From the IMG/VR virus record IMGVR_UViG_3300047551_002696, positions 1 through 60,316 of that record: 60,316 bases of DNA; one strand, given 5' to 3'. Both the position numbers and the translations under genes were made by a program. This DNA comes from a virus (lineage: Duplodnaviria; Caudoviricetes). Positions within the stretch are counted from its first letter, which is position 1. Each line of letters starts with the position of its first letter. This document shows positions 1 to 9,227 of the stretch, one piece after another. The notes below the pieces were generated by a model, which was given only the letters and a program-made list of their open reading frames with translations, was not told the origin of the DNA and did not search any database.

Positions 1-141
1 GTTTATTTTTGCGAACAAAATAATATTGATGTTGAGTCTGTTCCCAAACTTATTTCAAAACCATTGAAAGAAAAGATTAAGTATGAGGCAATGGAACTTA
101 ATTTTTTAAAGAAAACATCTCGAGCAAAATTGGTTTTCTAA
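1..141 (+). CDS. gp33: late-transcription coactivator gp33, C-terminal part (5' truncated by window edge)
   Basis: Frame 1 reads VYFCEQNNIDVESVPKLISKPLKEKIKYEAMELNFLKKTSRAKLVF*, the typical cyanophage gp33 C-terminus; lies upstream of gp59 and gp32 as in T4-like phages. Absent from the ORF track. Confidence 0.85.
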   Translation, partial: VYFCEQNNIDVESVPKLISKPLKEKIKYEAMELNFLKKTSRAKLVF

Positions 142-142
142 T

Positions 143-180
143 TCATTTTTCGGGTAAAAATTTTCCCGGTAAAAAATTCC
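143..180 (+). repeat. intergenic hairpin element, copy 1 (copy 2 at 27151-27187)
   Basis: TCATTTTTCGGGTAAAAATTTTCCCGGTAAAAAATTCC with CGGG/CCCG stem; similar to CCATTTTTCGGGGAAAAAAATCCCGGCAAATTTTTCC. Confidence 0.6.
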
Positions 181-196
181 TATATTACTTTTTTGA

Positions 197-793
197 ATGA
201 TGCCATTTGATGCCTATAAATGTTATCTGTCTTTGAAAAATCATTTCACCAAAGACAGTTATGATTATCACAAGTATTGTGGTAAAAGTCGTGCAACCGT
301 TCAATCATTTTACAAACGTAAAGATCGTTTTTGGTTTGAGAAAGTTGCTCGTCAAAAAACAGATAAAGAAGTAGAAGAATTTTTTGTATCAAATTTTATT
401 GCTTGCACTGATCCAAGCAAACTTTGGATTGGTGAAATGATACGTGAAGGTGATGATAGATACACCTCCTGGAAAAAAAGAACACAGTCACTTTCTTATG
501 TGTTTAGAGAAGAAGTAGAATCTGTAATCCCAAATAAAAATATTGACCTAGTATTTCAAACCAGTAAAGGACATCCAATTATTCTTAAAAAGTATTTAAG
601 TGGAGAAGTTTCCATAGAAACTATGGTAATTCTTGATAAAATTCTTGGATACGTGAATGATTTTAATAAAAATTTTGATGATCCAGTGTGGGAAACCGTA
701 AGTATGAAAATAAAAAAATATAGCCCGTTCCTAAATATTGATGTATTTCGTTACCGTAAACTTTTAAAAGAAATTGTTTTAGGAGATTCATGA
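197..793 (+). CDS. gp59: helicase loader gp59
   Basis: YLSLKNHFT..YDYHKY.GK..F.KRKDRFWFEK motif, about 200 aa, synteny gp33-gp59-gp32. Confidence 0.9.
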   Translation: MMPFDAYKCYLSLKNHFTKDSYDYHKYCGKSRATVQSFYKRKDRFWFEKVARQKTDKEVEEFFVSNFIACTDPSKLWIGEMIREGDDRYTSWKKRTQSLSYVFREEVESVIPNKNIDLVFQTSKGHPIILKKYLSGEVSIETMVILDKILGYVNDFNKNFDDPVWETVSMKIKKYSPFLNIDVFRYRKLLKEIVLGDS

Positions 794-1134
794 GTTTCTT
801 CAAATCTGAAGTCGTCCGTGCTGAGATGGCTGAAATCAGTGAGTTACAAGAAGACATTTATAAAAATGTTTTTAAGTTTCCCACGATGACAAAAGAAGAG
901 AAAATAGAACATGTTGAAATTTTAGAGAAACTTCTTGATAAACAGAAGGTTCTTTATACACGTTTGAGTTTATCTGATGATCCTGAAGCAGTTGAAATGA
1001 AAGAACGTATTGCTCAATCAGCATCAATGATGGGTCTACCACCAAATGTGGATATGAATATTATTTTTAATAATATGTCTCGTATGCTTGATGTCATGAA
1101 AGAGCAGATTGACAAAACGGGTTCCGACCTGTAG
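790..1134 (+). CDS. conserved cyanophage hypothetical protein (DUF1825-like, helical)
   Basis: MSFFKSEVV...LLDKQKVLYTRLSLSDDPEA resembles the small cyanobacterial/cyanophage family found between gp59 and gp32; AGGAG RBS, ATGA overlap. Confidence 0.7.
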   Translation: MSFFKSEVVRAEMAEISELQEDIYKNVFKFPTMTKEEKIEHVEILEKLLDKQKVLYTRLSLSDDPEAVEMKERIAQSASMMGLPPNVDMNIIFNNMSRMLDVMKEQIDKTGSDL

Positions 1135-1137
1135 AAT
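1109..1137 (+). promoter_or_regulatory. sigma70-type early promoter for gp32
   Basis: TTGACA (1109-1114), 17 nt spacer, TAGAAT (1132-1137). Confidence 0.8.
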
Positions 1138-1183
1138 AACGAAGTACACAAAAGCCAAATCCGTACACATCCGAGGTAATCTA

Positions 1184-2110
1184 ATGTCTTTTGCCGATCT
1201 TAAAAAACAATCTTCTCTTGGTTCTCTCACGCAGAAACTGGTCAAAGAAGTAGAGAAGATGAGTACAACTTCCAACGGCGCAGATGAGCGTCTGTGGAAA
1301 CCAGAAATGGATAAAACTGGAAACGGTTTTGCTGTTATCCGTTTCCTTCCTGCCCCCGAAGGTGAAGAACTTCCCTGGGCAAAAATCTATAGTCATGCAT
1401 TTCAAGGTCCTGGTGGTTGGTATATTGAGAACTCTCTGACTACGATTGGTCAGAAAGATCCCGTGTCTGAACATAACCGTGAACTGTGGAACAGTGGTAG
1501 TGATAAAGATAAAGAAACTGTGCGTAAACAGAAGCGCAAACTGTCTTACTACAGCAACATCTATGTTGTAAAGGATCCAGCAAATCCTGCAAACGAAGGC
1601 AAAGTCTTCCTATTCAAGTATGGTAAGAAGATCTTTGATAAGATCATGGAAGCAATGCAACCTGAATTTGAGGATGAAACTCCTATCAATCCTTTTGACT
1701 TCTGGCAAGGTGCTAACTTCAAACTGAAACTGGTGAAGAAGGATGGATACTGGAACTATGACAAGTCAGAGTTTGATCGTGTCGCTCCTCTCCTGGATGA
1801 TGATGATGCTCTGGAAGCAGTCTGGAAAAAGCAATATTCTCTGACTGCTGTAACTGCTCCCGATCAATTCAAGTCTTATGAAGATCTTGAGAAGCGTCTG
1901 AAGTATGTTCTTGGACAAAAGAATGCTCCTCGTCCTCGTCTGGATGAAGAGGTTGATGATGAAGACAATGATCGTGGTTCTTATGCCCCTGATTTTACTT
2001 CCCGTCGTCCTGAACCAGCACTTCCTGTTGTAAATTCTTCTTCAACTGATGTTGAAGATGATGATGAAAATGATGCTCTGTCTTACTTCCAGCGTCTTGC
2101 TGAAGGGTGA
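1184..2110 (+). CDS. gp32: single-stranded DNA-binding protein gp32
   Basis: DERLWKP..DK.GNG.AVIRFLPA, HAFQGPGGWYIENSLTT, KYGKKIFDKI, acidic C-tail. True start is ATG 1184 after a GAGG RBS, not the TTG at 1109. Confidence 0.96.
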   Translation: MSFADLKKQSSLGSLTQKLVKEVEKMSTTSNGADERLWKPEMDKTGNGFAVIRFLPAPEGEELPWAKIYSHAFQGPGGWYIENSLTTIGQKDPVSEHNRELWNSGSDKDKETVRKQKRKLSYYSNIYVVKDPANPANEGKVFLFKYGKKIFDKIMEAMQPEFEDETPINPFDFWQGANFKLKLVKKDGYWNYDKSEFDRVAPLLDDDDALEAVWKKQYSLTAVTAPDQFKSYEDLEKRLKYVLGQKNAPRPRLDEEVDDEDNDRGSYAPDFTSRRPEPALPVVNSSSTDVEDDDENDALSYFQRLAEG

Positions 2111-2779
2111 TCAATCATAAAGTCTGATATTATCAGCACGTTTTAAGGTTCCAGTCACGTATTGACTGGAACCTTTTTTATATTCCATAATATCTGTCAT
2201 ATCATTAAGAATAATCCCAAGATATTCTGGTTTTAAAATAAAAATATTTCTTTTGTTATTTTCTATGGTTTCTTCGTATTCATAATTTGTGATCGGGATA
2301 GTTACATCTCTACGATCTATTTGAACATCTTCCAAGTAATCATAATATGATATTGAATGATTTTGTGGTACTTTTAATCCAGCAGGAAGAACAGTAAATC
2401 CTTGACTGTTTTTTATTTCTATAGTTTCATAATGATGAACACCATTATATAATGTATCATAATCGCCATACTTACTTAACAAATAAGCATCAAACATGTT
2501 CTGTTCTATTGGCCACTCACTTTGAACATTAACAATATTGTTGCTTAGTAAAATAACCCAGTCTAAAGATGAGTCATTATAAACTTTATACGCAACGTTA
2601 TCAGGTCTATCATCTCCAGAAATTTTATATTTCTCAAAGAAAGATAAGTTTTCAAAGATGTCATCTCTTATCTTTCCTTTTTTAAATAAATTTTTTACTT
2701 TAATATAGTCTGATATTTTAGCGTCTGGAAGTCTGCTAACATATTCAAATTCTGGAAGGTAGCGGAAATAGTTTGCCAT
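2111..2779 (-). CDS. gp53: baseplate wedge subunit gp53
   Basis: YF..LP..EY, DDRPDNVAYKVY.DS.LDWVILL.NNI, TNYEYE...NN.KR.I.ILKP.Y motifs. Confidence 0.88.
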   Translation of the reverse strand: MANYFRYLPEFEYVSRLPDAKISDYIKVKNLFKKGKIRDDIFENLSFFEKYKISGDDRPDNVAYKVYNDSSLDWVILLSNNIVNVQSEWPIEQNMFDAYLLSKYGDYDTLYNGVHHYETIEIKNSQGFTVLPAGLKVPQNHSISYYDYLEDVQIDRRDVTIPITNYEYEETIENNKRNIFILKPEYLGIILNDMTDIMEYKKGSSQYVTGTLKRADNIRLYD

Positions 2780-2780
2780 T

Positions 2781-4172
2781 TTAGAATCCTATATGAGTAT
2801 CTTTGTTTTTATCGATTTGATCATACTCATCATCAAAGATTGGTTCGAGTTCTTGGAATTGTAATGTCAATCTATATGCTGTCATTGATTTCTCATCACC
2901 ACCATATGTCATATAAGTTCCATCTGGAGTATAATCAACACTACATGATGTTAATGCACATTCTTTAAAACTATTTAAGTAAGGATGCATTTTTCCTCCA
3001 GCAGTCATATAAGAAATTGCAAACGTGTGTGGAGCTTTTAATAATAGAGAAGTTTTACTTCTCTTTACTGACATTGATTGTTTAAATGCGCGAATGATTT
3101 GACGAACCATTTTTGCTTCATTTGGATCTCTTGGATAAAACAAAAATGTAAATCCAAAACTTCTTAGGTTTGGACCAGAAAACAGTAATTCTAAGTTGTT
3201 ATTTACAACAGCACCGAATGCTCTTTGAGCTGCTGATTGACTTACTGCACTTGCTAAAAATACACCTTTAATTGCTGTTTGCAAATCTCCAGATTTTGCT
3301 CCAGCCTCTATATTTGAACCTGTATTTTCAACTGCACTTTTTGCTCCAGATACTCCACCGTTGAAGAATCCTTGTGCTATATTTGCTAGTTCTGTTTCTA
3401 CCGCATTCATTTCACCATTTTGCCAGTTAGCAGTATTTCCATCACTAATATTTGCTGGAATTGGTAGCGTGATTACTCCAATTCTTTTAGATCCTTTTAT
3501 TATTGGACTACTTCCTTCAAGAGATACAACTCTGTTTTTTGTAGTTCCAAATTGTCCACTTCCTTGTGCAGCTTGATTATCTTTTGCAAGTGATGGTGAA
3601 TATTCTAAAATTGAAAATTTAATTACATCTTGAACTTCCACTGCTAGATCTAGTGGATATTTCATGTTGAGACTATATGCATTGTCTCCAACTCTTGTAC
3701 CTGTTTTGAAAGACCCCGCTTCTTCAGACGCTGCTGCTGTTTGTGCGGCATCGGGAGGTTGTTGTTCGCCACTTTGGGGTGAAGTTCCTGGTGGTGTTCC
3801 TGCATTTGCTGCTGCAGCAGATCCACTAGCACTCGCAAGTGCTTTTTTGTCTTGTTCCGTTGTTACTCCTAAGTCTTTTTGAACTTTAGGATCTGTAACT
3901 TGTTGGGATATTCCCTGTCTTAATTGACTTTTTGGATCTCCAAGGGATGCTTTTTCATCTGCACTAGCGTTTTCGCTTGGAGTTACTTTTCCACTGGCGT
4001 CTACAGATCCAATTACTGTTGTTTTTCCTGCGCTATCTACTCTTTGTACTTCGGTAGTAAATTTTCTATTTCCATTAGCATCTTTACCGGCATCTGTTAC
4101 GACACTTTGTATATTGATATTGGCATTTCCAACCTTTACTGGTGATTGTTTGGATGTAGCGGTTGTAGCCAT
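2781..4172 (-). CDS. gp48: baseplate tail-tube cap gp48, with N-terminal low-complexity extension
   Basis: ITLPIP.NISD, NNNLELLFSGP.LRSF.FTF.F.PR...EA, CALTSCSVDYTPDG, L.FQELEP motifs; adjacent to gp53. Confidence 0.85.
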   Translation of the reverse strand: MATTATSKQSPVKVGNANINIQSVVTDAGKDANGNRKFTTEVQRVDSAGKTTVIGSVDASGKVTPSENASADEKASLGDPKSQLRQGISQQVTDPKVQKDLGVTTEQDKKALASASGSAAAANAGTPPGTSPQSGEQQPPDAAQTAAASEEAGSFKTGTRVGDNAYSLNMKYPLDLAVEVQDVIKFSILEYSPSLAKDNQAAQGSGQFGTTKNRVVSLEGSSPIIKGSKRIGVITLPIPANISDGNTANWQNGEMNAVETELANIAQGFFNGGVSGAKSAVENTGSNIEAGAKSGDLQTAIKGVFLASAVSQSAAQRAFGAVVNNNLELLFSGPNLRSFGFTFLFYPRDPNEAKMVRQIIRAFKQSMSVKRSKTSLLLKAPHTFAISYMTAGGKMHPYLNSFKECALTSCSVDYTPDGTYMTYGGDEKSMTAYRLTLQFQELEPIFDDEYDQIDKNKDTHIGF

Positions 4173-4188
4173 CAGGACAGAATGGTTT

Positions 4189-4575
4189 TTATTTATTTAG
4201 ACGGAATTTTCCATATGGGATGGAAAGCATCTCATCTAACTCATCATACTTTACAACATGAAGTTTTCCTGCAACCTCTTCCCATGTGTATTGTCTACCT
4301 TCTCTCCAATGAAAATTGATTGCTTTGAATCCCCATTTTTCTAAAGAAGTACAAGCAATTAGTGGATGCTGATCATATTCAATCTCTGGTGTTTTGGGAT
4401 TGTAAATGAAGGTATAAAATTTTCCTGGTTCTGGATATAGCACTTCTTCCTTCAAAACATCAAGAATGATAAGCATTAAATCTTCTGGGTCACTGGTCCC
4501 AGTTTCATCAATTCTTTTTCTAAGTTCTCTCATTCTTGGTGGGATTTTAGAGTATTTCCCAAAACCTTCTGCCAT
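4189..4575 (-). CDS. gp2: gp2-like DNA end protector family protein (short form)
   Basis: PGKFYTFIYNPKT..YDQHPLI....GF.AINFH resembles the T4 gp2 core; next to gp4 as in T4. Confidence 0.6.
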   Translation of the reverse strand: MAEGFGKYSKIPPRMRELRKRIDETGTSDPEDLMLIILDVLKEEVLYPEPGKFYTFIYNPKTPEIEYDQHPLIACTSLEKWGFKAINFHWREGRQYTWEEVAGKLHVVKYDELDEMLSIPYGKFRLNK

Positions 4576-5021
4576 TACTTGATACCTAATTCTTCTTCGG
4601 TAATGATTTTGAATTCTATCATTCTATCCGCACAAAACTCTTTTGCTGCTTTCCATTTTGCTTGATTGACCTCATAAGTAACACATTCATGCAGATAAGA
4701 TTTTGTTACTCTTGATTTCTTAACTGGAGGTCTGGTCTGTTTTTTGGGTTTAACTTCAATCACATATGTTTTGATTTGTCCAGTACTCTCTTTAACTTTA
4801 ATAATAAAATCTGGATAGTAACGATGAACTCTTCTATCTACTGGTGATATGTAAGGAATGTAAAACTCTTCACTACCCCATTCCAAAATACTTTCATTCA
4901 GATCACACCAATGACAAAATTTTCTTTCCCAACTACTGCGGCAAATAATATTATTGGGATCCCCTTTATATTTTTTGGGGTATGACGGTTTATACTTACT
5001 TTTAATACTTTCTGCCATCAT
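4575..5021 (-). CDS. gp4: head completion nuclease gp4 (PD-(D/E)XK)
   Basis: P.KYKGD..NII.RSSWE, HRYYPDF, IEVKP..QT, NQAKWKAA, KIITE.EL. Confidence 0.93.
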   Translation of the reverse strand: MMAESIKSKYKPSYPKKYKGDPNNIICRSSWERKFCHWCDLNESILEWGSEEFYIPYISPVDRRVHRYYPDFIIKVKESTGQIKTYVIEVKPKKQTRPPVKKSRVTKSYLHECVTYEVNQAKWKAAKEFCADRMIEFKIITEEELGIK

Positions 5022-5044
5022 ACATAATATATAAGGTCAAAAAG

Positions 5045-5052
5045 TATTTATA
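5045..5052 (-). promoter_or_regulatory. T4-type late promoter TATAAATA for the gp4-gp2-gp48-gp53 unit
   Basis: TATTTATA on the + strand, about 25 nt upstream of the gp4 start. Confidence 0.65.
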
Positions 5053-5053
5053 G

Positions 5054-6007
5054 ATGGCTGTACCAAGAAGTAGATCTTTAGCTGAAATAAAGAACACTTT
5101 ACTACATCCTGCAACCACAAATCATTTTGTTGTGTCCATACCCAAACCTCAGGGTTTAACACCACAGTATCTTTTTCAAAATGGACTTTCTTATGATATT
5201 GATAAGTTAGAACTTCTTTGTTCTGATGCATTACTCCCTGGTTCTACATTTGCGACACATGATATTACTGGCGATTATCATGGATCAACTCATCGTCATG
5301 CATATAGAAGACAGTATGATGATAGAATTGATTTGGGATTTTATGTTGATGCAACAAATTATCTGCCAATTCGATTTTTTGAAGTGTGGATGAAGTATAT
5401 TGCTGGGGAGCAAATTGCATCTGCTGAAAGTGGTCGTCCAGGAGTTTCTGATGAACAATATTTTTATAGAATGAATTGGCCAAAAAATTATATTTGCAAT
5501 CAAGGATTGGAAGTTATTAAATTTGAAAAAAGTAGTATGGGGCAGGCAATAGGAGCAAAAGGTACAAGATTATCCTATAATTTTGTTAATTGTTTCCCAA
5601 TTGCAATGCAATCAATGCCAGTTTCTTATGATGGAACCGGTTTGTTAAAATGTAATGTATCACTATCTTATGTTAGATACTTTTTATCTCCAGCATCACC
5701 AAAAGCAGATGGGTCTGAAGCAGTTGCTCAGGGAGCATCAGATAATCCTATAAACCAAGCGCAAGCTAATGCCGCATTGAATGGTGGTAGAGATGATCTT
5801 GCAATTTGGGCACTATCAAACCGCCAAATGGTTGAATCTGTAGGGACTGCTGAGCAGAGGGCAATTCTTGCTGATGCAAATCTTAGGTTCCCTGTTGGTT
5901 CTGCTGCCAGAGAGGCGCTTAGAAATAGAGCTAGATCTGGAACTTATTCTGCTGGAACTGGTGGTGCATTTAAAGGAAGACCAATTAATGGTCCTCTTGG
6001 ATTCTAA
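5054..6007 (+). CDS. baseplate tail-tube initiator (gp54/gp19-like fold)
   Basis: LLC..A.LPG...T, L.FYVD..Y...RFFE.WM..I, F.N.FP.....V.Y; divergent from gp4 and upstream of gp26. Confidence 0.7.
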   Translation: MAVPRSRSLAEIKNTLLHPATTNHFVVSIPKPQGLTPQYLFQNGLSYDIDKLELLCSDALLPGSTFATHDITGDYHGSTHRHAYRRQYDDRIDLGFYVDATNYLPIRFFEVWMKYIAGEQIASAESGRPGVSDEQYFYRMNWPKNYICNQGLEVIKFEKSSMGQAIGAKGTRLSYNFVNCFPIAMQSMPVSYDGTGLLKCNVSLSYVRYFLSPASPKADGSEAVAQGASDNPINQAQANAALNGGRDDLAIWALSNRQMVESVGTAEQRAILADANLRFPVGSAAREALRNRARSGTYSAGTGGAFKGRPINGPLGF

Positions 6008-6053
6008 ATAAGCATCTAAATAACTCTACCTGAAAAACATTCTATAGGACATT

Positions 6054-6773
6054 ATGCCATTACCTAAGATTTCTACACCAACTTATGAACTTGAGTTGCC
6101 ATCAACAGGAAAAACAATCAAGTATAGACCTTTCTTAGTAAAAGAAGAAAAGCTTTTAGTTATTGCATTGGAAAGTGAAGACAATAAACAAATTACAAAT
6201 GCAATTAAATCTGTAATCAAAAATTGTATTCTTGCAAAAGATATTAAAGTAGAAAACTTACCAACGTTTGATATTGAATATCTCTTCTTAAACATTAGAG
6301 GAAAATCTGTTGGAGAAGAGGTTGAGGTTAATATTATCTGCCCTGATGACAATGAAACTAATGTTTTAGTCAAGATAGATCTTGATGATATTCAAGTTCA
6401 AAAGAACGAAGAGCACAGTAATAAAATTAAACTTGATGATAATATTATGATGGAAATGAAATATCCATCTCTTGAACAGTTTATTAAGAATAATTTTGAT
6501 TTCAATAATAATAATGCAATGGATCAATCATTTGAATTGATTGCATCTTGTATTGATAAAATTTATACTGAAGATGAGGTTTGGTCTGCTGCAGATGTAA
6601 CTAAAAAAGAATTGACAGAGTTCTTAGAATCAATGAATTCTTCTCAATTTAAGGATATTGAAAAATTCTTTGAAACAATGCCTAAACTTTCTCATAAAAT
6701 TACTGTTAAGAATCCAAAAACATCAGTTGAAAGTGAAGTTGTTCTGGAAGGGTTAGCAAGTTTTTTCGCGTAG
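6054..6773 (+). CDS. gp26: baseplate hub assembly protein gp26
   Basis: MPLPKI.TPTYEL.LPS.GK.IKYRPFLVKEEK, FDIEYLFL.IR.KSVGE, LEGLASFF. Confidence 0.92.
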   Translation: MPLPKISTPTYELELPSTGKTIKYRPFLVKEEKLLVIALESEDNKQITNAIKSVIKNCILAKDIKVENLPTFDIEYLFLNIRGKSVGEEVEVNIICPDDNETNVLVKIDLDDIQVQKNEEHSNKIKLDDNIMMEMKYPSLEQFIKNNFDFNNNNAMDQSFELIASCIDKIYTEDEVWSAADVTKKELTEFLESMNSSQFKDIEKFFETMPKLSHKITVKNPKTSVESEVVLEGLASFFA

Positions 6774-6775
6774 CC

Positions 6776-6958
6776 ATGGTCCATATGGACCTTGAGAATT
6801 ACTTTAGACTTAATTTTGCCTTGATACAGTACCATAAATATTCATTATGGGAAATTGAAAATATGATTCCTTGGGAAAGAGACATTTATGTTGGGTTATT
6901 ACAACAGCATCTTGAAGAGGAAGAACTAAAACAGCAACAACAAAAGTCTAGTCTCTAA
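6776..6958 (+). CDS. gp51: baseplate hub assembly catalyst gp51
   Basis: NF.L.QYHKYSL.EIENMIPWERDIYV.LL motif directly after gp26. Confidence 0.88.
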   Translation: MVHMDLENYFRLNFALIQYHKYSLWEIENMIPWERDIYVGLLQQHLEEEELKQQQQKSSL

Positions 6959-6968
6959 GTAAAGTAGA

Positions 6969-9227
6969 ATGGCAGTAAATCAGCAGAAGCTTCTAGGTAA
7001 AACAACTACTGTTCAAACTGCTGCGGTTCAACCACAGACACAGTTGATTGCTGCTCCTGCTGATACTGCTGTTCTTCAGGACATATCAAAATCTTTAACC
7101 AGAATTATACAACTACTTACTTTACAAAACACTCAAGTAGTTAAGGAATCGGATCAGGAAAGAAGAACTCAAGAATCTGCTAGAAGAAGAAAAGTCGAAC
7201 TTGGGTTAGAAAGTACGTTTGCTACGGTTAAAGCAACTGCACAGGCAGTTGTTGCCCCCGTAAAGGGAATTCTAGATCAAATAATACAATTCTTTGTCAC
7301 TCTATTTTTAGGCAAAGCAGTATTAAATTTAGTAGATTGGTTTGCGAATAAAGATAATCAAGATAAAGTCCGATCTATTGCTAGATTTTTGCGAGATTGG
7401 TGGCCTTCTCTTGTTGCTGGATATATTTTATTTGGCACTGGATTTGGTAGGGTAGTAAGATCAATTGCTGCAACAAGTATTAGAGCAGTTGCTCTACTTG
7501 GTTCTGTAGCATTTAAACTTGCTGCTGCTATTGCAAATGCCTTTAGATTGAAAAAGGCAGGATCAATGCTATCCGCTCTTGGCAGCGGCGGTGGTGGATT
7601 AAAAGGAATACTTATAAAACTGGCGCAACTTGGTGCTGGCGCTGGTATTGCTTATGGTGGGTACAAATTATATCAAGGAATGGTAGGTGGTGAAACTGGA
7701 GGGGCACCACAACTTCAGATTCCACAACTTCCAGGAATACCGACAGCACAAGCTTTTGGTGGTGGTTTTATCGATTTCAAAACCATGCTTGCCGAAACTG
7801 GTGGGCAAGTTGATTCTAAGTTGGGGATATTTACGCAGTTCTTTAAATCTGGTGGATTTGCTGCTTTATTAAATGGATTCCCTGGAATTGTGTCCGGACC
7901 TAAGGGAATTGATAAAGTTCCTGCAATGCTCACTGACGGTGAGTTTGTCATGTCTCGTGGTGCAGTTAATAAATTTGGTGTAGGATTACTTGAGGCAATG
8001 AATGCCGCTGGTGGTGGAACTAATCGCCCCAAAGTAGTTTATGAAAGAATTCATGCTGCTGGTGGTGGATACATTGGTGAAGATTCTCCATCTGCAGAAT
8101 TATCTTCAGAACAACCAGATGCTCTTTCTTCTATTATAGAAGGGGGAATGTCAGGTCCTGGCATGACAATGATGACTGCAAGACCAATGGCTCAAGCAGC
8201 TAGCCGTGGTCTTGGAAGATTTGCCACAAGAACTGGATTGCAATATGGTGGAAGAAGACTTGCAAAACCATTGGCAAAGATGGGATCCAATATGGCATTG
8301 AAATCAATTTCAAAAATTGGTGCTGGTTCATTAGGAAAAAGTTTACTGAAGAAAATTCCTCTACTTGGATTGGGTATGGGTGCAGTTTTTGCTGCACAAA
8401 GAGCAATGAAAGGTGATATCCTTGGAGCAAGTCTTGAATTGCTATCTGGTGCAGCATCATCTATTCCTGGACTGGGAACAGGTGCCTCTATTGCGATTGA
8501 TGCAACACTTGCGGCAAGAGATGCTGGAGTATTTGGTACTGGACTATCTGGTGATAAAAAGACTGGTGGAATGTTTGGTGGACCTTCAATGAAGGCAAGA
8601 ACTGATTATGCAGCATCAAAGGGTAAGTATTATTCATCTTCGGATCAAAAAACATATGGAAATTATAATGATGCACTTGCTGCTAGAAAATCTAGGATGA
8701 TTTCTTTAGCTTCTCAGCAAAGATTAAATAAGTTGAGTTATGAAAGAACACCTGGGGCAAGGTATTCTCAAGGTAAAAGATTTGATGCAGAAAGTCTTGC
8801 TAGAACTAGAGAGGATATAAAACGTGGTGGGATGTTTGGTCAACTCGGAAGATCATTTACTGGATTATTTGGTAGCGAAAAAGACAAAGCAAAAATTGCT
8901 GCTGAAGATAAAGCATCTCAGGCAAGAGTGAAACAAGCTGGTGCCTCATCAATTGGTAGATATTACTCATCTTCCGATGGGAAATATTATAAAGATTACA
9001 ATGCTGCTGTTCAAGCAAGAAAGGCAAGACTTGCTACAACTAAACCAAAACCAAAAGTAATTAAACCTACACCTAAACCCGCTCCAAAAGTTGTAAGAAC
9101 AAAAGCAAATACCATTGGAACTGGTGGATACAGTGGAGGAAAGGGTGGAAAACCAACGGTTCCTAGATTCTCATCTTCTAAGCCTGGTAGTAATAGAAAA
9201 GTTGCTAACCAACTTGGTGTTAGATAA
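6969..9227 (+). CDS. tape-measure-like / hub-associated virion protein
   Basis: Long Ala/Gly-rich helical protein with hydrophobic segments and the GPKGIDKVPAMLTDGEFVM motif seen in tape-measure proteins; positioned after gp26/gp51. Confidence 0.55.
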   Translation: MAVNQQKLLGKTTTVQTAAVQPQTQLIAAPADTAVLQDISKSLTRIIQLLTLQNTQVVKESDQERRTQESARRRKVELGLESTFATVKATAQAVVAPVKGILDQIIQFFVTLFLGKAVLNLVDWFANKDNQDKVRSIARFLRDWWPSLVAGYILFGTGFGRVVRSIAATSIRAVALLGSVAFKLAAAIANAFRLKKAGSMLSALGSGGGGLKGILIKLAQLGAGAGIAYGGYKLYQGMVGGETGGAPQLQIPQLPGIPTAQAFGGGFIDFKTMLAETGGQVDSKLGIFTQFFKSGGFAALLNGFPGIVSGPKGIDKVPAMLTDGEFVMSRGAVNKFGVGLLEAMNAAGGGTNRPKVVYERIHAAGGGYIGEDSPSAELSSEQPDALSSIIEGGMSGPGMTMMTARPMAQAASRGLGRFATRTGLQYGGRRLAKPLAKMGSNMALKSISKIGAGSLGKSLLKKIPLLGLGMGAVFAAQRAMKGDILGASLELLSGAASSIPGLGTGASIAIDATLAARDAGVFGTGLSGDKKTGGMFGGPSMKARTDYAASKGKYYSSSDQKTYGNYNDALAARKSRMISLASQQRLNKLSYERTPGARYSQGKRFDAESLARTREDIKRGGMFGQLGRSFTGLFGSEKDKAKIAAEDKASQARVKQAGASSIGRYYSSSDGKYYKDYNAAVQARKARLATTKPKPKVIKPTPKPAPKVVRTKANTIGTGGYSGGKGGKPTVPRFSSSKPGSNRKVANQLGVR

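Noticed and set aside
1109-1183. N-terminal extension of gp32 from TTG 1109
   Set aside because: That TTG is the -35 box; the RBS and the family-typical start point to ATG 1184.
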